Positions 48,828 through 59,600 of a stretch of DNA of 64,000 nucleotides are shown piece after piece. Both the position numbers and the translations under genes were made by a program. Source of the stretch: Bryobacterales bacterium. Lineage in GTDB: Bacteria > Acidobacteriota > Terriglobia > Bryobacterales > UBA6623. The stretch lies in contig OZ242039.1 in NCBI GenBank assembly GCA_965205085.1, positions 254,036-318,035 of the forward strand. Reading direction: 5' to 3'. Position 1 is the first letter of the stretch. Each line of letters starts with the position of its first letter. Under the pieces are notes generated by a model, which was given only the letters and a program-made list of their open reading frames with translations, ran no database searches and had not been told where the DNA came from.

Positions 48828-51662
48828 ATGAGCTCTCGATGCCACAGTCGGTGGATCAGCATGGCTGACCTGCCCAGGACAGCGTGTCATGCACTGATGA
48901 TTCTTGGGCTTTTTCTGGTACCGGCAAGCGCTCAAGACGCTCAAGACTGCCTCGCAGTCAAGGTGCTGGATCCGGCCGGGGCCGTGGTCCCGAACGCTAC
49001 TGTGTCGATTGGAGGGCAGAGCCAGCCCACCGATGATGCGGGCACGGCGAGCTTTTGCGGGCTCGGCACCGGTCCGCATACGGTGACGGTCGAGGCTCCA
49101 GGACTGGCTGCCGGGTCGAGGGAAGTTTCGGGACCCTCCGGGTCGATAGTCATCAGGCTGGAACTGGAGGCTTTCGCTTCCGAAGTGGTCGTGGTGGGGA
49201 CGCGGGCCGAAGGCCGGGATCCGCTCGAGTCCCCTGTTCCCGTCGAGCTCGTGCTCGGCGAACGGCTGCTCAACTCCGGTCATGTCGAGACCGGCAGGGC
49301 CCTGCAGATGCTCGCCCCCTCATTCAACTTCCAGAGTTCCGCCGTCACGGACGGAACGGATTCGGTTCGGCCTGCGACACTCCGGGGATTGGGGCCAGAC
49401 CAGGTCCTGGTTCTGGTCAACGGCAAACGCCGACATAACAGTGCGCTCCTGCACGTGCTCGACACCGTTGGCAGGGGAACGGCCGGAACCGACATGAACT
49501 CCATTCCGATCGGGGCGATCGAGCGGATTGAAGTGCTACGCGATGGGGCTGCCGCCCAGTACGGATCCGACGCGATTGCCGGTGTCATCAACTTGGTGCT
49601 CAAGAAGGATCCAGGGTTCAGTCTGGTCCAGAGTTGGGGCCAGACCTATCGTGGGGACGGTGACGTCTCCACCACCAGCCTCAGTGGTGGATTTGCCAAT
49701 GATGACGGGGGATACCTCCATCTGGCATACGAATTGAGAAACCGCGGCCACACCAACCGGGCGGGTGCCTGGGGCTGGCCATTCTACAACCCGGTGGAAT
49801 GTGGTGCCGGTCAGCAGCCGAGTTCGACCGGTTTCTGCCTCGACCCCCGTGAAAGCACCGTCGATCGCCACATCATCCAGCTCGGCGACGCCGATTCCGA
49901 GCATCACAGCATGTACTACAACGCCGGCATGCAGTTGGACCGACGGGTGAACTTCTACTCGTTCGGCGGGCTCTCCTACCGGGATAACAGCAGCCCCGGG
50001 TTCTACCGTGTGCCATTCGTCTTCAACGAGCGAATCGTGTACGAGTTGCATCCAGAAGGATTCCTGCCTCACATCAACACCGACGTGGATGACCTCTCGG
50101 TCTCTGCCGGCATAGACTGGACGACTGATTCGGCCTGGAATTTCGACCTGAGCGTAACTCACGGCCGCAATGCATTCGACTTTCTCGTCACAAACTCCAA
50201 CAATGCGTCCTATGGAGTGTCAAGTCCGACTGAGGCGGATGCGGGCGGACTCGGGTTCGACCAGACCACCTTCAATTTCGATGTCTCGCGCCTTTTCGAG
50301 TACACGGGAAGGACGATGAATCTGGCTTTCGGCGGCGAATTCCGCAGGGATGGGTTCGGCATCCGCGCAGGTGCCCCGGTCTCTTACCTGCATTGCCTGG
50401 ACGATCCGCAATCCAACAAGGCCGACTGTCGGTCCAATGCGCCACCCGGCATCCAGGTCTTTCCGGGCTTCCGCCCGAACGACGCAGTGGCGGCAAGTCG
50501 CACCAACGCGGCGGGCTACGTAGACCTCGAGTGGATATTCGGGGGCAAGTTCCTGGTCGGTGCCGCCGGCCGCCTCGAGCGGTACTCCGACTTCGGTGCC
50601 ACCCTCACCGGCAAGCTGTCGTTGCGCTACGATTTCTCACCGATGTTTGCCCTGCGGGGCGGGGTCAACACGGGGTTCCGGGCCCTCTCGCTCCACCAGT
50701 TGCATTACAGCAAGATCGACACGCTGTCGGTCGAATCGGAAGACGGCAACTCGGTGCTCGCGGAAGTCGGAACGTTCCCGAATAGCAGCCAGATCGTCCA
50801 GGCGCTTGGTGTTCCGAGCCTTCAGGAAGAGACATCCCTGAATTTCACCGGTGGGGCCGTGGTCAGGATGGGGCAGACCGCGTCGCTGACCGTCGACGCT
50901 TTCCGCGTGCATGTCGACGACCGGATCGTATTGAGCGCGAACTTCACTGCGGCCGATGTAGGAGAGGCTGCACCGGAAGTTGCCCGGGTCATGCAGGACA
51001 CCCGGATCAGCGGCGCACAGTTCTTCGCCAATGCGGCCCAGACAGTCACGAGCGGTGTCGAGGTCTCGTTTAGCAGCGTCCATGCGACCCGGAGCGGCGG
51101 AGTGCTGGACTGGGGGGTGTCGGGCTCATACTTCGACACGGTTCTCGATCCGCAATTGCGTTTTCCCGGTTCACTGGAGTCGATCCAGAGCATGCTGTTC
51201 GGTCCGGCCGATCGGGCCATCATTGAGGATTTCCAACCCAACTCGAGATTGCAAGGGACTGGTGAATACCGTATCGGTCGCATCAGGTTCGGAGGCGGCT
51301 TGCGATATTTCGGCAGCTACACTCTGTGGGACGCACTGGGCCTGATCAGCAGGAGCCAGAACCAGACGTTCGGGGGCGAATGGGTGACTGACGTCCATTT
51401 CGGCGTCCGGATATTCAAGGGTGCAGAACTGCTCGTGGGTGCTCAGAACCTGTTCGACGTCTACCCCGATCGGAACCGGTTCAATACGCTGTTCGGCACC
51501 TATCTGTCCGGAATTTCCGGGGCGCCTCACAGCAACATCACGGACCGAAACGGGAACATCATTCCCGGCACGGAATCGGAAGGGATATTTCCGTATGCCC
51601 GAACATCGCCGTTCGGCATTAACGGGGGATATTACTACACACGACTCAGCTTCCGTTTCTAG
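48828..51662 (+). CDS. TonB-dependent receptor with an N-terminal CarboxypepD_reg-like domain
   Basis: Signal peptide, an Ig-like region (LAVKVLDPAGAVVPNATVSI..HTVTVEAPG), a plug (TLRGLGPDQVLVLVNGKRR, IERIEVLRDGAAAQYGSDAIAGVINLV), a barrel, and C-terminal YYTRLSFRF. Confidence 0.9.
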   Translation: MSSRCHSRWISMADLPRTACHALMILGLFLVPASAQDAQDCLAVKVLDPAGAVVPNATVSIGGQSQPTDDAGTASFCGLGTGPHTVTVEAPGLAAGSREVSGPSGSIVIRLELEAFASEVVVVGTRAEGRDPLESPVPVELVLGERLLNSGHVETGRALQMLAPSFNFQSSAVTDGTDSVRPATLRGLGPDQVLVLVNGKRRHNSALLHVLDTVGRGTAGTDMNSIPIGAIERIEVLRDGAAAQYGSDAIAGVINLVLKKDPGFSLVQSWGQTYRGDGDVSTTSLSGGFANDDGGYLHLAYELRNRGHTNRAGAWGWPFYNPVECGAGQQPSSTGFCLDPRESTVDRHIIQLGDADSEHHSMYYNAGMQLDRRVNFYSFGGLSYRDNSSPGFYRVPFVFNERIVYELHPEGFLPHINTDVDDLSVSAGIDWTTDSAWNFDLSVTHGRNAFDFLVTNSNNASYGVSSPTEADAGGLGFDQTTFNFDVSRLFEYTGRTMNLAFGGEFRRDGFGIRAGAPVSYLHCLDDPQSNKADCRSNAPPGIQVFPGFRPNDAVAASRTNAAGYVDLEWIFGGKFLVGAAGRLERYSDFGATLTGKLSLRYDFSPMFALRGGVNTGFRALSLHQLHYSKIDTLSVESEDGNSVLAEVGTFPNSSQIVQALGVPSLQEETSLNFTGGAVVRMGQTASLTVDAFRVHVDDRIVLSANFTAADVGEAAPEVARVMQDTRISGAQFFANAAQTVTSGVEVSFSSVHATRSGGVLDWGVSGSYFDTVLDPQLRFPGSLESIQSMLFGPADRAIIEDFQPNSRLQGTGEYRIGRIRFGGGLRYFGSYTLWDALGLISRSQNQTFGGEWVTDVHFGVRIFKGAELLVGAQNLFDVYPDRNRFNTLFGTYLSGISGAPHSNITDRNGNIIPGTESEGIFPYARTSPFGINGGYYYTRLSFRF

Positions 51663-52223
51663 AGGAGCGAAGCATGGGTGGGGTCCGACAGGCGCGGGGT
51701 GCGCAGGGTGACCTGTGACGGCCGGTTCAGACGCAAGCTGTCATGTTCCGCCGATTGAAACGTTGCCGGGTTGATTTGTTCCATAAGTGAGGGCTGTGCG
51801 GCCCGGGGAAGAGGGGCCGTGATGACGGTTGCCGATGCTGGCTGCAGATCCAGGTCCATCCACCCAGAAATGCTCCCCGGGACGGACGCCAGTCCTGTCA
51901 TGGTCACCGTTTCGGAGCCCGAAGACCTTGCGGGATCCAGCACTTCGGCTGTGCAATGCCGGTGGCCCGACAGCCACTGACAGGGTCCCCGGTCCCTGGA
52001 GCGTTGCATCCGGAGTTTCGGCGGGTGTCTGTTGTGGTCAGGGACTTCGAGCCTGATGGATTTCCGCGGGCGATCGAGGCTGGTTGCTCGTGGTGCTGTT
52101 CCCTCGGGCCTGTCCACCGGGCGGCCAGCCCTGGCAGAAGGAAGATCCGGGTTGGGAGCCAGGCCGGGAAACGTTCGAGCCTCGTGTTCGATGCCCCTTC
52201 CGGGGGAAGCCTCCAGTGGTTTC

Positions 52224-54002
52224 TCAGGGCACTGGGTCGGCTAGGATCTGGTTGTAGGTACGCTGTCGCATGGGTATGGCTTCCAGTTGCGGCAAGGCCC
52301 CGTTCTTGTGGGCCTCCTCCCACCATAAGTCCTGTAGTTCCCGGAGTTTTTCGGGGTGCCGGCTGGCCAGATCGGTCGTTTCGGTGAAGTCTGCCTCGAC
52401 ATGGTAGAGTTCCCAGTGGTCGGACTCGAAATCGGTCCCCGGGGTATGGAACGCCACCGCTTTCCAACCCTTGCTGTAGATTCCGCGGCTGCCCCACAAC
52501 TCGAAGAACTGTGTGTCGCGGGGAGCGGGGGCTGTGGCGTCGTCGAACACTGCCCTCATGCTCTTGCCGTGCAGGGGCATTTGGCAGACGCCGTCGAAGA
52601 CTTCCGGGACCTTGATTTCCAGATAATCCAGAACTGTCGGTGTAACGTCAATGACATCGACGAATTGCTCCCGCAACCCGGTCTTGCGTATGCGTTCGGG
52701 CCATGAGATGACCATCGGGGTGCGCACGCCACCGTTGAAAGGCCACAGCTTGTAGTACTTGAACGGTGCGCTCGAGGCCATCGCCCAAGGCCGGGGGTAG
52801 AGCGGCTGTGTTTCGGGGCCGCCCAGTTCGTCGATCCGCTCGTACATTTCAGCAACGGTCGTGGGGTCGCCGTACGAGCGTGCGAAGTTCCCCTTCACGC
52901 CAGCTTCCGGAGCGCCGCCGTTGTCCGAGATCAGAACAACCAGCGTGTTCTTGAACTGATGCCTCTCCTTCAGGAAGTCGGTCAGCCGGCCGATTTGGTG
53001 GTCCGTGTGCTCGGTGAATCCGGCGTAGGCTTCCATGAAGCGGGCGTAAACCCTGCGCTCCGTCTCGTCGAGGTCGCTCCAGGCCGGGTCGTCCGGGTTG
53101 CGTGGCGGGAGCCTGGCTGTGGGCGGGATGATGCCGAGTTCCACCTGCTTGCGGTAGCGCCTCTCGCGGACGGCGTCCCACCCTTCGTCAAAGGCACCCT
53201 TGTACTTCTGGATGTAGCGCTTGGGTACCTGGATTGGTGCATGCGTAGCCCCGAACGCGAGGTAGAGGAAGAAGGGTTTCCCCGGGTCGGCTTCCAGCTT
53301 TCCCGCCAGCATCGTGATCGCCTGGTCCACGATGTCCTCCGAAAAATGGTAGCCCGGTTGTTCGGGCACGGGGACCGAGTGGTTGTCCACCACGAGATCC
53401 GGCCGATACTGATCGGTCCAGCCGGACAGGAAGCCGTGGAAGCGGTCGAAGCCTTTCTGCAGTGGCCAGTGCGTGCGGTCACCGGCTGGCGTCATGTCTT
53501 CGCGCGGTACCAGATGCCATTTCCCGACGGCGAATGTGCTGTAGCCGTTGCGGCTCAGAATCTGTGCGATGTTGGCTGCCGACGCAGAGACGCGGCCGCG
53601 TGTATGGGGGTATCCCTGGTCTCCGCCCGGGAGTTCCTTCATGCCGACCGCCTGGGCGTTGCGTCCTGTCAGAAGCGAAGCCCTGGTCGGAGAGCAGACC
53701 GCCTTCGACTGGAAGTTGTTGAACAGCAGGCCGCCTTCGGCGAGGGCGTCGATGTTGGGAGTCGAAACCGAGGAGCCGTAGCAGCCCAGGTCCCCGAAGC
53801 CGGTGTCGTCGAGGACGATGTACACAATATTCGGACTGTGCGGTGCCGGCCACGCCGGTTGTAGCGGGGAAGGAGTGGAATCCCGTGCCGTACGACCGAT
53901 GACACCCTCAAACCTCGGTGTGAGTGCCGTCTCGCAGGTTTCCTGGGCATAGGTGGCTGGCGCGACGGTCCAGAGGAAAACGGCGGCAAGGACTTGTCTC
54001 AT
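52224..54002 (-). CDS. Arylsulfatase (Cys-type)
   Basis: Signal peptide MRQVLAAVFLWTVAPATYAQ, then PNIVYIVLDDTGFGDLGCYGS...CSPTRASLLTG. The ORF opens at 54101. Confidence 0.9.
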   Translation of the reverse strand: MRQVLAAVFLWTVAPATYAQETCETALTPRFEGVIGRTARDSTPSPLQPAWPAPHSPNIVYIVLDDTGFGDLGCYGSSVSTPNIDALAEGGLLFNNFQSKAVCSPTRASLLTGRNAQAVGMKELPGGDQGYPHTRGRVSASAANIAQILSRNGYSTFAVGKWHLVPREDMTPAGDRTHWPLQKGFDRFHGFLSGWTDQYRPDLVVDNHSVPVPEQPGYHFSEDIVDQAITMLAGKLEADPGKPFFLYLAFGATHAPIQVPKRYIQKYKGAFDEGWDAVRERRYRKQVELGIIPPTARLPPRNPDDPAWSDLDETERRVYARFMEAYAGFTEHTDHQIGRLTDFLKERHQFKNTLVVLISDNGGAPEAGVKGNFARSYGDPTTVAEMYERIDELGGPETQPLYPRPWAMASSAPFKYYKLWPFNGGVRTPMVISWPERIRKTGLREQFVDVIDVTPTVLDYLEIKVPEVFDGVCQMPLHGKSMRAVFDDATAPAPRDTQFFELWGSRGIYSKGWKAVAFHTPGTDFESDHWELYHVEADFTETTDLASRHPEKLRELQDLWWEEAHKNGALPQLEAIPMRQRTYNQILADPVP

Positions 54003-54278
54003 GATTCGATGGGGTGCCGGGCCGACTCGCTGCCGAGCCGTCGCGTACCGATATAGCGTAGTAAAGCTTGGATTGCCGTGCCGGTCCGCTATCGGCCGCA
54101 CACGGTGAGAGCCCGTGAAAAAGTGTGGTTTCGCGGTTGCGGGTTTGGTCCGCAGAATGCAAGTGATGCATGGGCCGTCGGTGGCTCGACTGTTCCGCGG
54201 AAGAAAACAGGAGCTTATGCAAGCTTGCCGGTGGGCAGGTGGAAAAATCAGTATAATAATAGAATAAAAAGCGAATAT

Positions 54279-55010
54279 ATGAACCAGACAGCGAATTCCC
54301 CCGGGAACATCGAGGCGATTGAGGCATTGCTTCGCAAAAATGGATTCGGCCAGACCCTGTCCGGGCAGGGAAAGCCGCGCTGTTGCGCTGTACCGAGTGG
54401 AATCGAATGGCTGGACGCCCGCCTGGGTGGCGGCCTGCCGCAGGGCGCTATCAGCGAGATCATCGGGCCGTGCTCGTCCGGTCGTACGGGCCTGGTGCTG
54501 GCCGTTCTCGCGCGGTTAACCCAAGCCGGCGGGACCGCTGCGTACATTGATGTGACCGACTGTCTGGACCCGCGCTCGGCCGAGGGGGCCGGGGTCATCC
54601 TGGAGCGGCTGCTATGGATTCGCTGCGGTGCAGGGCAGGGAACCGGCCCCGATCGGTGTGTGCAGAAGCTGCCACCCATGGAGGAGGCGTGGCAGACGAC
54701 GAATCTGGCGGCCTCGGGATCTGGTTTCGGTGTGGTTGCGGTCGACCTGGGAGGCCTTTCGCTACACCAGCTGGGTGATTGGCAGAAGAGGGCTTGGATA
54801 CGGCTCAAGCATGCCGTGCGGGGCTCACAGACGGCACTGGTCGTGCTCGCCGAAAAGCACTTGGCTGGAAGTGCGGCGGAAATGGTGCTGGAACTGCGCC
54901 GGGAGGCAACCGAATGGAATGGCCTGCTGGGGAAGATCGAAATTTCCGCGAGAATCCTCAAGAACAGGGCGCAGGGGATGGATTGCTCCAACGGGGAACG
55001 TGCGGCATGA
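54279..55010 (+). CDS. imuA: ImuA-like (RecA/SulA-fold) mutasome component
   Basis: SGIEWLDARLGGGLPQGAISEIIGPCSSGRTGLVLAVLA (degenerate RecA-like P-loop). Directly upstream of imuB, with an ATGA overlap. Confidence 0.7.
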   Translation: MNQTANSPGNIEAIEALLRKNGFGQTLSGQGKPRCCAVPSGIEWLDARLGGGLPQGAISEIIGPCSSGRTGLVLAVLARLTQAGGTAAYIDVTDCLDPRSAEGAGVILERLLWIRCGAGQGTGPDRCVQKLPPMEEAWQTTNLAASGSGFGVVAVDLGGLSLHQLGDWQKRAWIRLKHAVRGSQTALVVLAEKHLAGSAAEMVLELRREATEWNGLLGKIEISARILKNRAQGMDCSNGERAA

Positions 55011-56596
55011 CCGGGCCGCCAGCCGGTGGAGTTGCTCGCGCTCCCGCCCTGTATGCCTCCCTGCACGTGGCGGATTTTCCGGTTGCCGTGCTGCGGGCGG
55101 ATGACAGGCTTCCGCAACCGACGGTGGTTGCTTGCGGGGAGCCTCCCAACCGGCTTGTCTACGCTGCGGACGTCATGGCCAGGGAAGGCGGTGTACGCGA
55201 GGGCATGGCGCTGGCAGCGGCCCAGGCACGTTACGGTTCCGCAGGGATGGAACAGCCCTTGCAGGTCCTGGACCGCAGTCCGAGAACCGAACGGCAAGTG
55301 CGGGCACGGTTGCTGCAACTGGCGGAGAGCGTGACTCCATTGTTCGAAGACGTCGCACCGGGGCTGCTCGCACTCGATTTCACGGGCTTGCGGGATCCGT
55401 ACGCCTCAGCGATGGATCTGCTCTCGGGAGCGGAGCGGTTTGGACTTAGAGCCAGTGTTGCCGTTTCCCGGAACCGGTTGGTCGCCTTGTGCGCGGCACG
55501 TACGCAGCGGGGAATCACCCACGTGTACCCGGGGCAGGAGGCCGGCTTTCTGAAGTCGTTGCCGCTTGATGTGCTGCCACTGGACAGCGAGTCCCTCCAG
55601 AATCTCCGGCGCTGGGGGTTGCGCCGGGTTGGCGAACTGGCACTCCTGCCCCTGTCCAGAATGGCCGAGCGGTTTGGGGAGCGCGGAGTGCGCATGGTCC
55701 GGCTGGCGCGTGGCGAGGCGGACTCGCAACTGAGTGCGCACCAACCCGAACCCCAGTTGGATCTGAGCCGGGATTTCGATTGGGAGATCGGGGAGGCCGA
55801 GCCGCTCGTGGCGGCGATTTCCGGGATGATCGAGCAGCTTTGCGACCGGCTGCGGGGTCTCGATAGGGCCGTGGCGAGCCTCACCACCCGGTTGCGGCTG
55901 GCTGGTGGGGGCGTGTTCGAGAGAACCATCAGGCTGCCGTATCCGCTGGGCGATTCGCGCACGCTCGTGACCTTGGTGCGGATTGATCTGGCAGCGCATC
56001 CGCCAGGAGACGCGGTGTCGGGTGTGCGGGTATCGGTTGACTGCGCAAAGCGTCGGCAGGTGCAGACGCACCTGTTCGAGCCGGATCTGCCGGATGTCGA
56101 CAATATGGTCGTAACGCTGGCCCGCCTGGTCTGTCTGGTTGGAGAGGAGAAGGTCGGTGCTCCGGTAGTTCTGGACACGTATCGGTCCGGGGCGGCCGCT
56201 CTCGAACCATTCCGGGTGGTGACGCGAGAGGGCGGGGCAGGGCGCAAGAAGGGCAAGGGGGGAGCCGATGATACGGTTCGGCCCCAGCAGGAAAGTTCCC
56301 GGCCGCGACGCTTGCGGCCAGCCGCGCCCCCTCGGAGTTTCCTGGTCTTTCGCTGCTTTCGCCCTTCCCGTCCTGCCACAGTGACGTTGCACGGGGGGCA
56401 GCCCCTGTGCGTCGAGTCACGCGGGGTGCGAGGTGCGGTGACCGCATGTGCCGGGCCCTGGCGTGTCTCGGGTGAGTGGTGGACCCCAGGCGGCTGGCAA
56501 TACCAGGAGTGGGACCTCGAGGTTGCCGGGCACCTGTACCGGGCCTGCTGCGAGAGGACGACGGGGGAATGGTTTTTGTCAGGCGAGTACGATTAG
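55007..56596 (+). CDS. imuB: ImuB, Y-family DNA polymerase-like protein
   Basis: LYASLHVADFPVAVL...VVACGEPPNRLVYAADVMAREGGVREGM (UmuC/DinB-like N-terminus). Lies between imuA and dnaE2. Confidence 0.8.
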   Translation: MTGPPAGGVARAPALYASLHVADFPVAVLRADDRLPQPTVVACGEPPNRLVYAADVMAREGGVREGMALAAAQARYGSAGMEQPLQVLDRSPRTERQVRARLLQLAESVTPLFEDVAPGLLALDFTGLRDPYASAMDLLSGAERFGLRASVAVSRNRLVALCAARTQRGITHVYPGQEAGFLKSLPLDVLPLDSESLQNLRRWGLRRVGELALLPLSRMAERFGERGVRMVRLARGEADSQLSAHQPEPQLDLSRDFDWEIGEAEPLVAAISGMIEQLCDRLRGLDRAVASLTTRLRLAGGGVFERTIRLPYPLGDSRTLVTLVRIDLAAHPPGDAVSGVRVSVDCAKRRQVQTHLFEPDLPDVDNMVVTLARLVCLVGEEKVGAPVVLDTYRSGAAALEPFRVVTREGGAGRKKGKGGADDTVRPQQESSRPRRLRPAAPPRSFLVFRCFRPSRPATVTLHGGQPLCVESRGVRGAVTACAGPWRVSGEWWTPGGWQYQEWDLEVAGHLYRACCERTTGEWFLSGEYD

Positions 56597-56615
56597 CCGT
56601 CGCGAGAGTCGAGGC

Positions 56616-59600
56616 ATGTACGTCGAACTGCACAGCGCGTCGGGATTCAGCTTCCTCGAAGGAGCGTCGGCTCCGGAGGACCTGCTCGGCGAGGCTGCGA
56701 ACCTGGGCTACGAGGCCCTGGCGCTATGCGACCGCGATTCGGTTTCCGGCGCACCGCGTTTTTTCCAGGCCGCACGCTCGGCAGGTGTGCGTGCACTGGT
56801 TGGGTGTGAGATCTCGCTCGACCAGCCGGGTATTCGGAAGGGTACCCCGAATGCGGTTCTGGACCGCAGACTGACCGTTCTGGTCGAGAACAGGGAGGGA
56901 TATCGCAACCTCTGCCAACTGCTTACACGAGTGAACCTGCGTTCGCCGAAAGGTGAGGGCCGCGCGCGCTGGGAGGACATGGACAACTACTCTTCCGGAC
57001 TCGTGGCCCTGCTGCACGACCTTCGGGATGAGGATGCGGTCCGGGGAATTTTTGGTCCGCGGAATGTGTATGTGGAATTGCAGCGCCACCTGCTGCGGGA
57101 GCAGGAACGCGACAACCGGGAGCGGGTCGCCTTCGCCCGCGCACATGGCCTGCCGCTGGTCGCCACGAATGGCGTGCGCTACGACACGGTGCGTCACAAG
57201 CCCCTTTACGACGCCCTGACCTGCCTGCGCTTCAAGCGCACACTCGACAATGCCGGTCGCCTGCTGGATGCCAACGCCGAACGTCACATCAAGCCCCCCG
57301 CAGCCATGGAACGGCTCTTTGCCGATTTGCCGGAAGCGATCGGGAATGCCGACGAGCTGGGCCAGCGCCTCGGGTTCACGCTGGAGAGGCTGGGATACGA
57401 GTTCCCGCGCTATCCCGTGCCGTCGGGAGAGACGGCCACCTCCTACTTGCGCAAGGAAACCCTGCGCGGAGCGGTCGAACGCTACCGCGGGTTACCGCAC
57501 CGCGAGAAGGCGTTCCGCCAGATCGACCGGGAACTCGACGTGATCGCAAAACTCCAGATGGAAGGCTACTTTCTGATTGTCTGGGACATTGTCGAGTTTG
57601 CCCGTCAGAACGGCATTCTCTGTCAGGGGAGGGGGTCGGCGGCCAATTCGACGGTCTGTTACTCGCTTGGCATTACTGCGGTCGACCCAGTCGGGATGGA
57701 CCTGCTCTTTGAGCGGTTCCTTTCCGAAGAGCGTAGCGAGTGGCCCGACATCGATGTCGACCTCCCGTCCGGGGCCCAGCGCGAGCGCGTGATCCAGCAC
57801 GTCTACGAACGATACGGAAAGCGCGGGGCGGGGATGGCGGCCAACGTCATCACCTACCGGGGCAAGAGCGCCGTGCGGGAGATGGGGAAGGTGCTGGGAT
57901 TTCCTGAAGAGATGATCGGACGACTGGCGAAGGGTATCAATGGATTCGAGTACGTAGATGACACGGACGACCTGCTCTGTCAAGCGGAGGAGGCCAGCCT
58001 TGATCGCAGCGACCCGCGAGTCGTCCACTGGCTGCGTCTCTGCCTTGACGTCCAGACATTGCCGCGCCACCTCGGGCAGCATTCTGGCGGCATGGTCATT
58101 TGCCAAGGCGATCTCGACGCAGTGGTTCCGCTCGAGAATGCGCGCATGCCGGGCCGGGTCGTCGTGCAATGGGACAAGGAAGACTGCGCCGATCTCGGCA
58201 TCATCAAGGTGGATCTGCTCGGGCTCGGCATGATGGCCGTGCTGCAGCAATCCACAGCGCTCATCCGGTCGCGGGGAGGATCGTTTGATCTGGCGAGGAT
58301 TCCGCCGGGCGATCCTGCCACGTACCGCATGATTCAGCAGGCGGACACGGTCGGGGTGTTCCAGATCGAGAGCCGAGCCCAGATGGCGACACTCCCACGG
58401 ATCAAGCCGGCCTGCTTTTATGATCTGGTCGTTGAGGTGGCCATCATCCGACCGGGCCCGATCACCGGCAACATGGTGCACCCCTATATCAACCGTCGCC
58501 TCGGGCGTGAGCCAGTCCGGTATGCGCACCCGTCGCTCGAGCCGATTCTCAAGCGCACCCTGGGCGTGCCACTTTTCCAGGAGCAGTTGCTGAGGATGGC
58601 GATGATCGCGGCGAAGTTTACAGGTGGCCAGGCCGAGCAGCTTCGGCGTGCGATGGGGTTCAAGCGCTCGCATGAGCGCATGAGCGAGCTAGAGGGGAAG
58701 CTGCGTACAGGCCTGTCGGAGAATGGTATTGAGGGGGACGCGGCCGAGGAGATCGTACGATCCATCAAGTCGTTTGCGCTGTACGGCTTTCCCGAGTCGC
58801 ACTCGGCGAGCTTTGCACTGCTGGCCTATGCCAGTTCGTACCTGAAGGCGCACTATCCGGCAGAGTTTCTGGCCGCCTTGTTGAACTGCCAGCCGATGGG
58901 GTTCTATTCGCCAGCGGTGCTGGTCAAGGATGCACAGCGACATGGAATGCGGGTGTTGCCGGTCGACGTGAACGAATCGGCCCCCCACTGCACGGTCGGA
59001 GACAGGCCCGGAGTTTCAGCGGGTCTTGCGTCGTGCGCTGCCTCGTTCGTCCGGCTCGGGTTGATGTACGTGGGCGACCTGCGGGCCGAAGCGGCCCGGA
59101 GGATTGCAGCGGACCGCGAGCGGGGGGGCCGGTACCGGTCGATCGAGGAGTTCGCCCGGCGCGTACGGCTCCAGAAGCACGAACTCGATGCGTTAGCTGA
59201 GATCGGTGCGCTCAATGCCTTGGGAAAGGGCATGCACCGGCGGGAAGCGCTTTGGCAGGTTGAGAGCGCGTGGCGGCCGAGAGGGCCGCTGTTCGACAGA
59301 CAGGACGAAACGCTGCCTGAGACGGGTCCGCTGGCACCGATGAATCCGTTCGAACGGCTCGAAACCGATTACCGGGTGATGGGGCTAACGGTCGGGAAGC
59401 ATCCGATGCACTACTTGCGCAGAGAGGTGTCGGGCATGGGCGCACTGTCTTCGCGTGAAATCGAGAGTGCAGCCAACGGTCAGCGGGTACGGGTGGCGGG
59501 TGCGGTGATCACCCGGCAACGGCCCGGAACAGCGAAGGGATTCTGCTTTGTCACCCTGGAGGACGAGATGGGCACTTCGAACCTGGTCCTGCCTCCCCAG

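Noticed and set aside
54191-54204. LexA box upstream of imuA
   Set aside because: TGTTCCGCGGAAGA is only a near-match to one lineage-specific motif, and I do not know the LexA motif for this organism. Kept as a hypothesis in the findings, not as a feature.
55231-56379. 382-aa and 328-aa minus-strand ORFs inside imuB, and 57492..58673 inside dnaE2
   Set aside because: Antisense to genes with strong family motifs, and their compositions are extremely Arg/Ser/Pro-rich.
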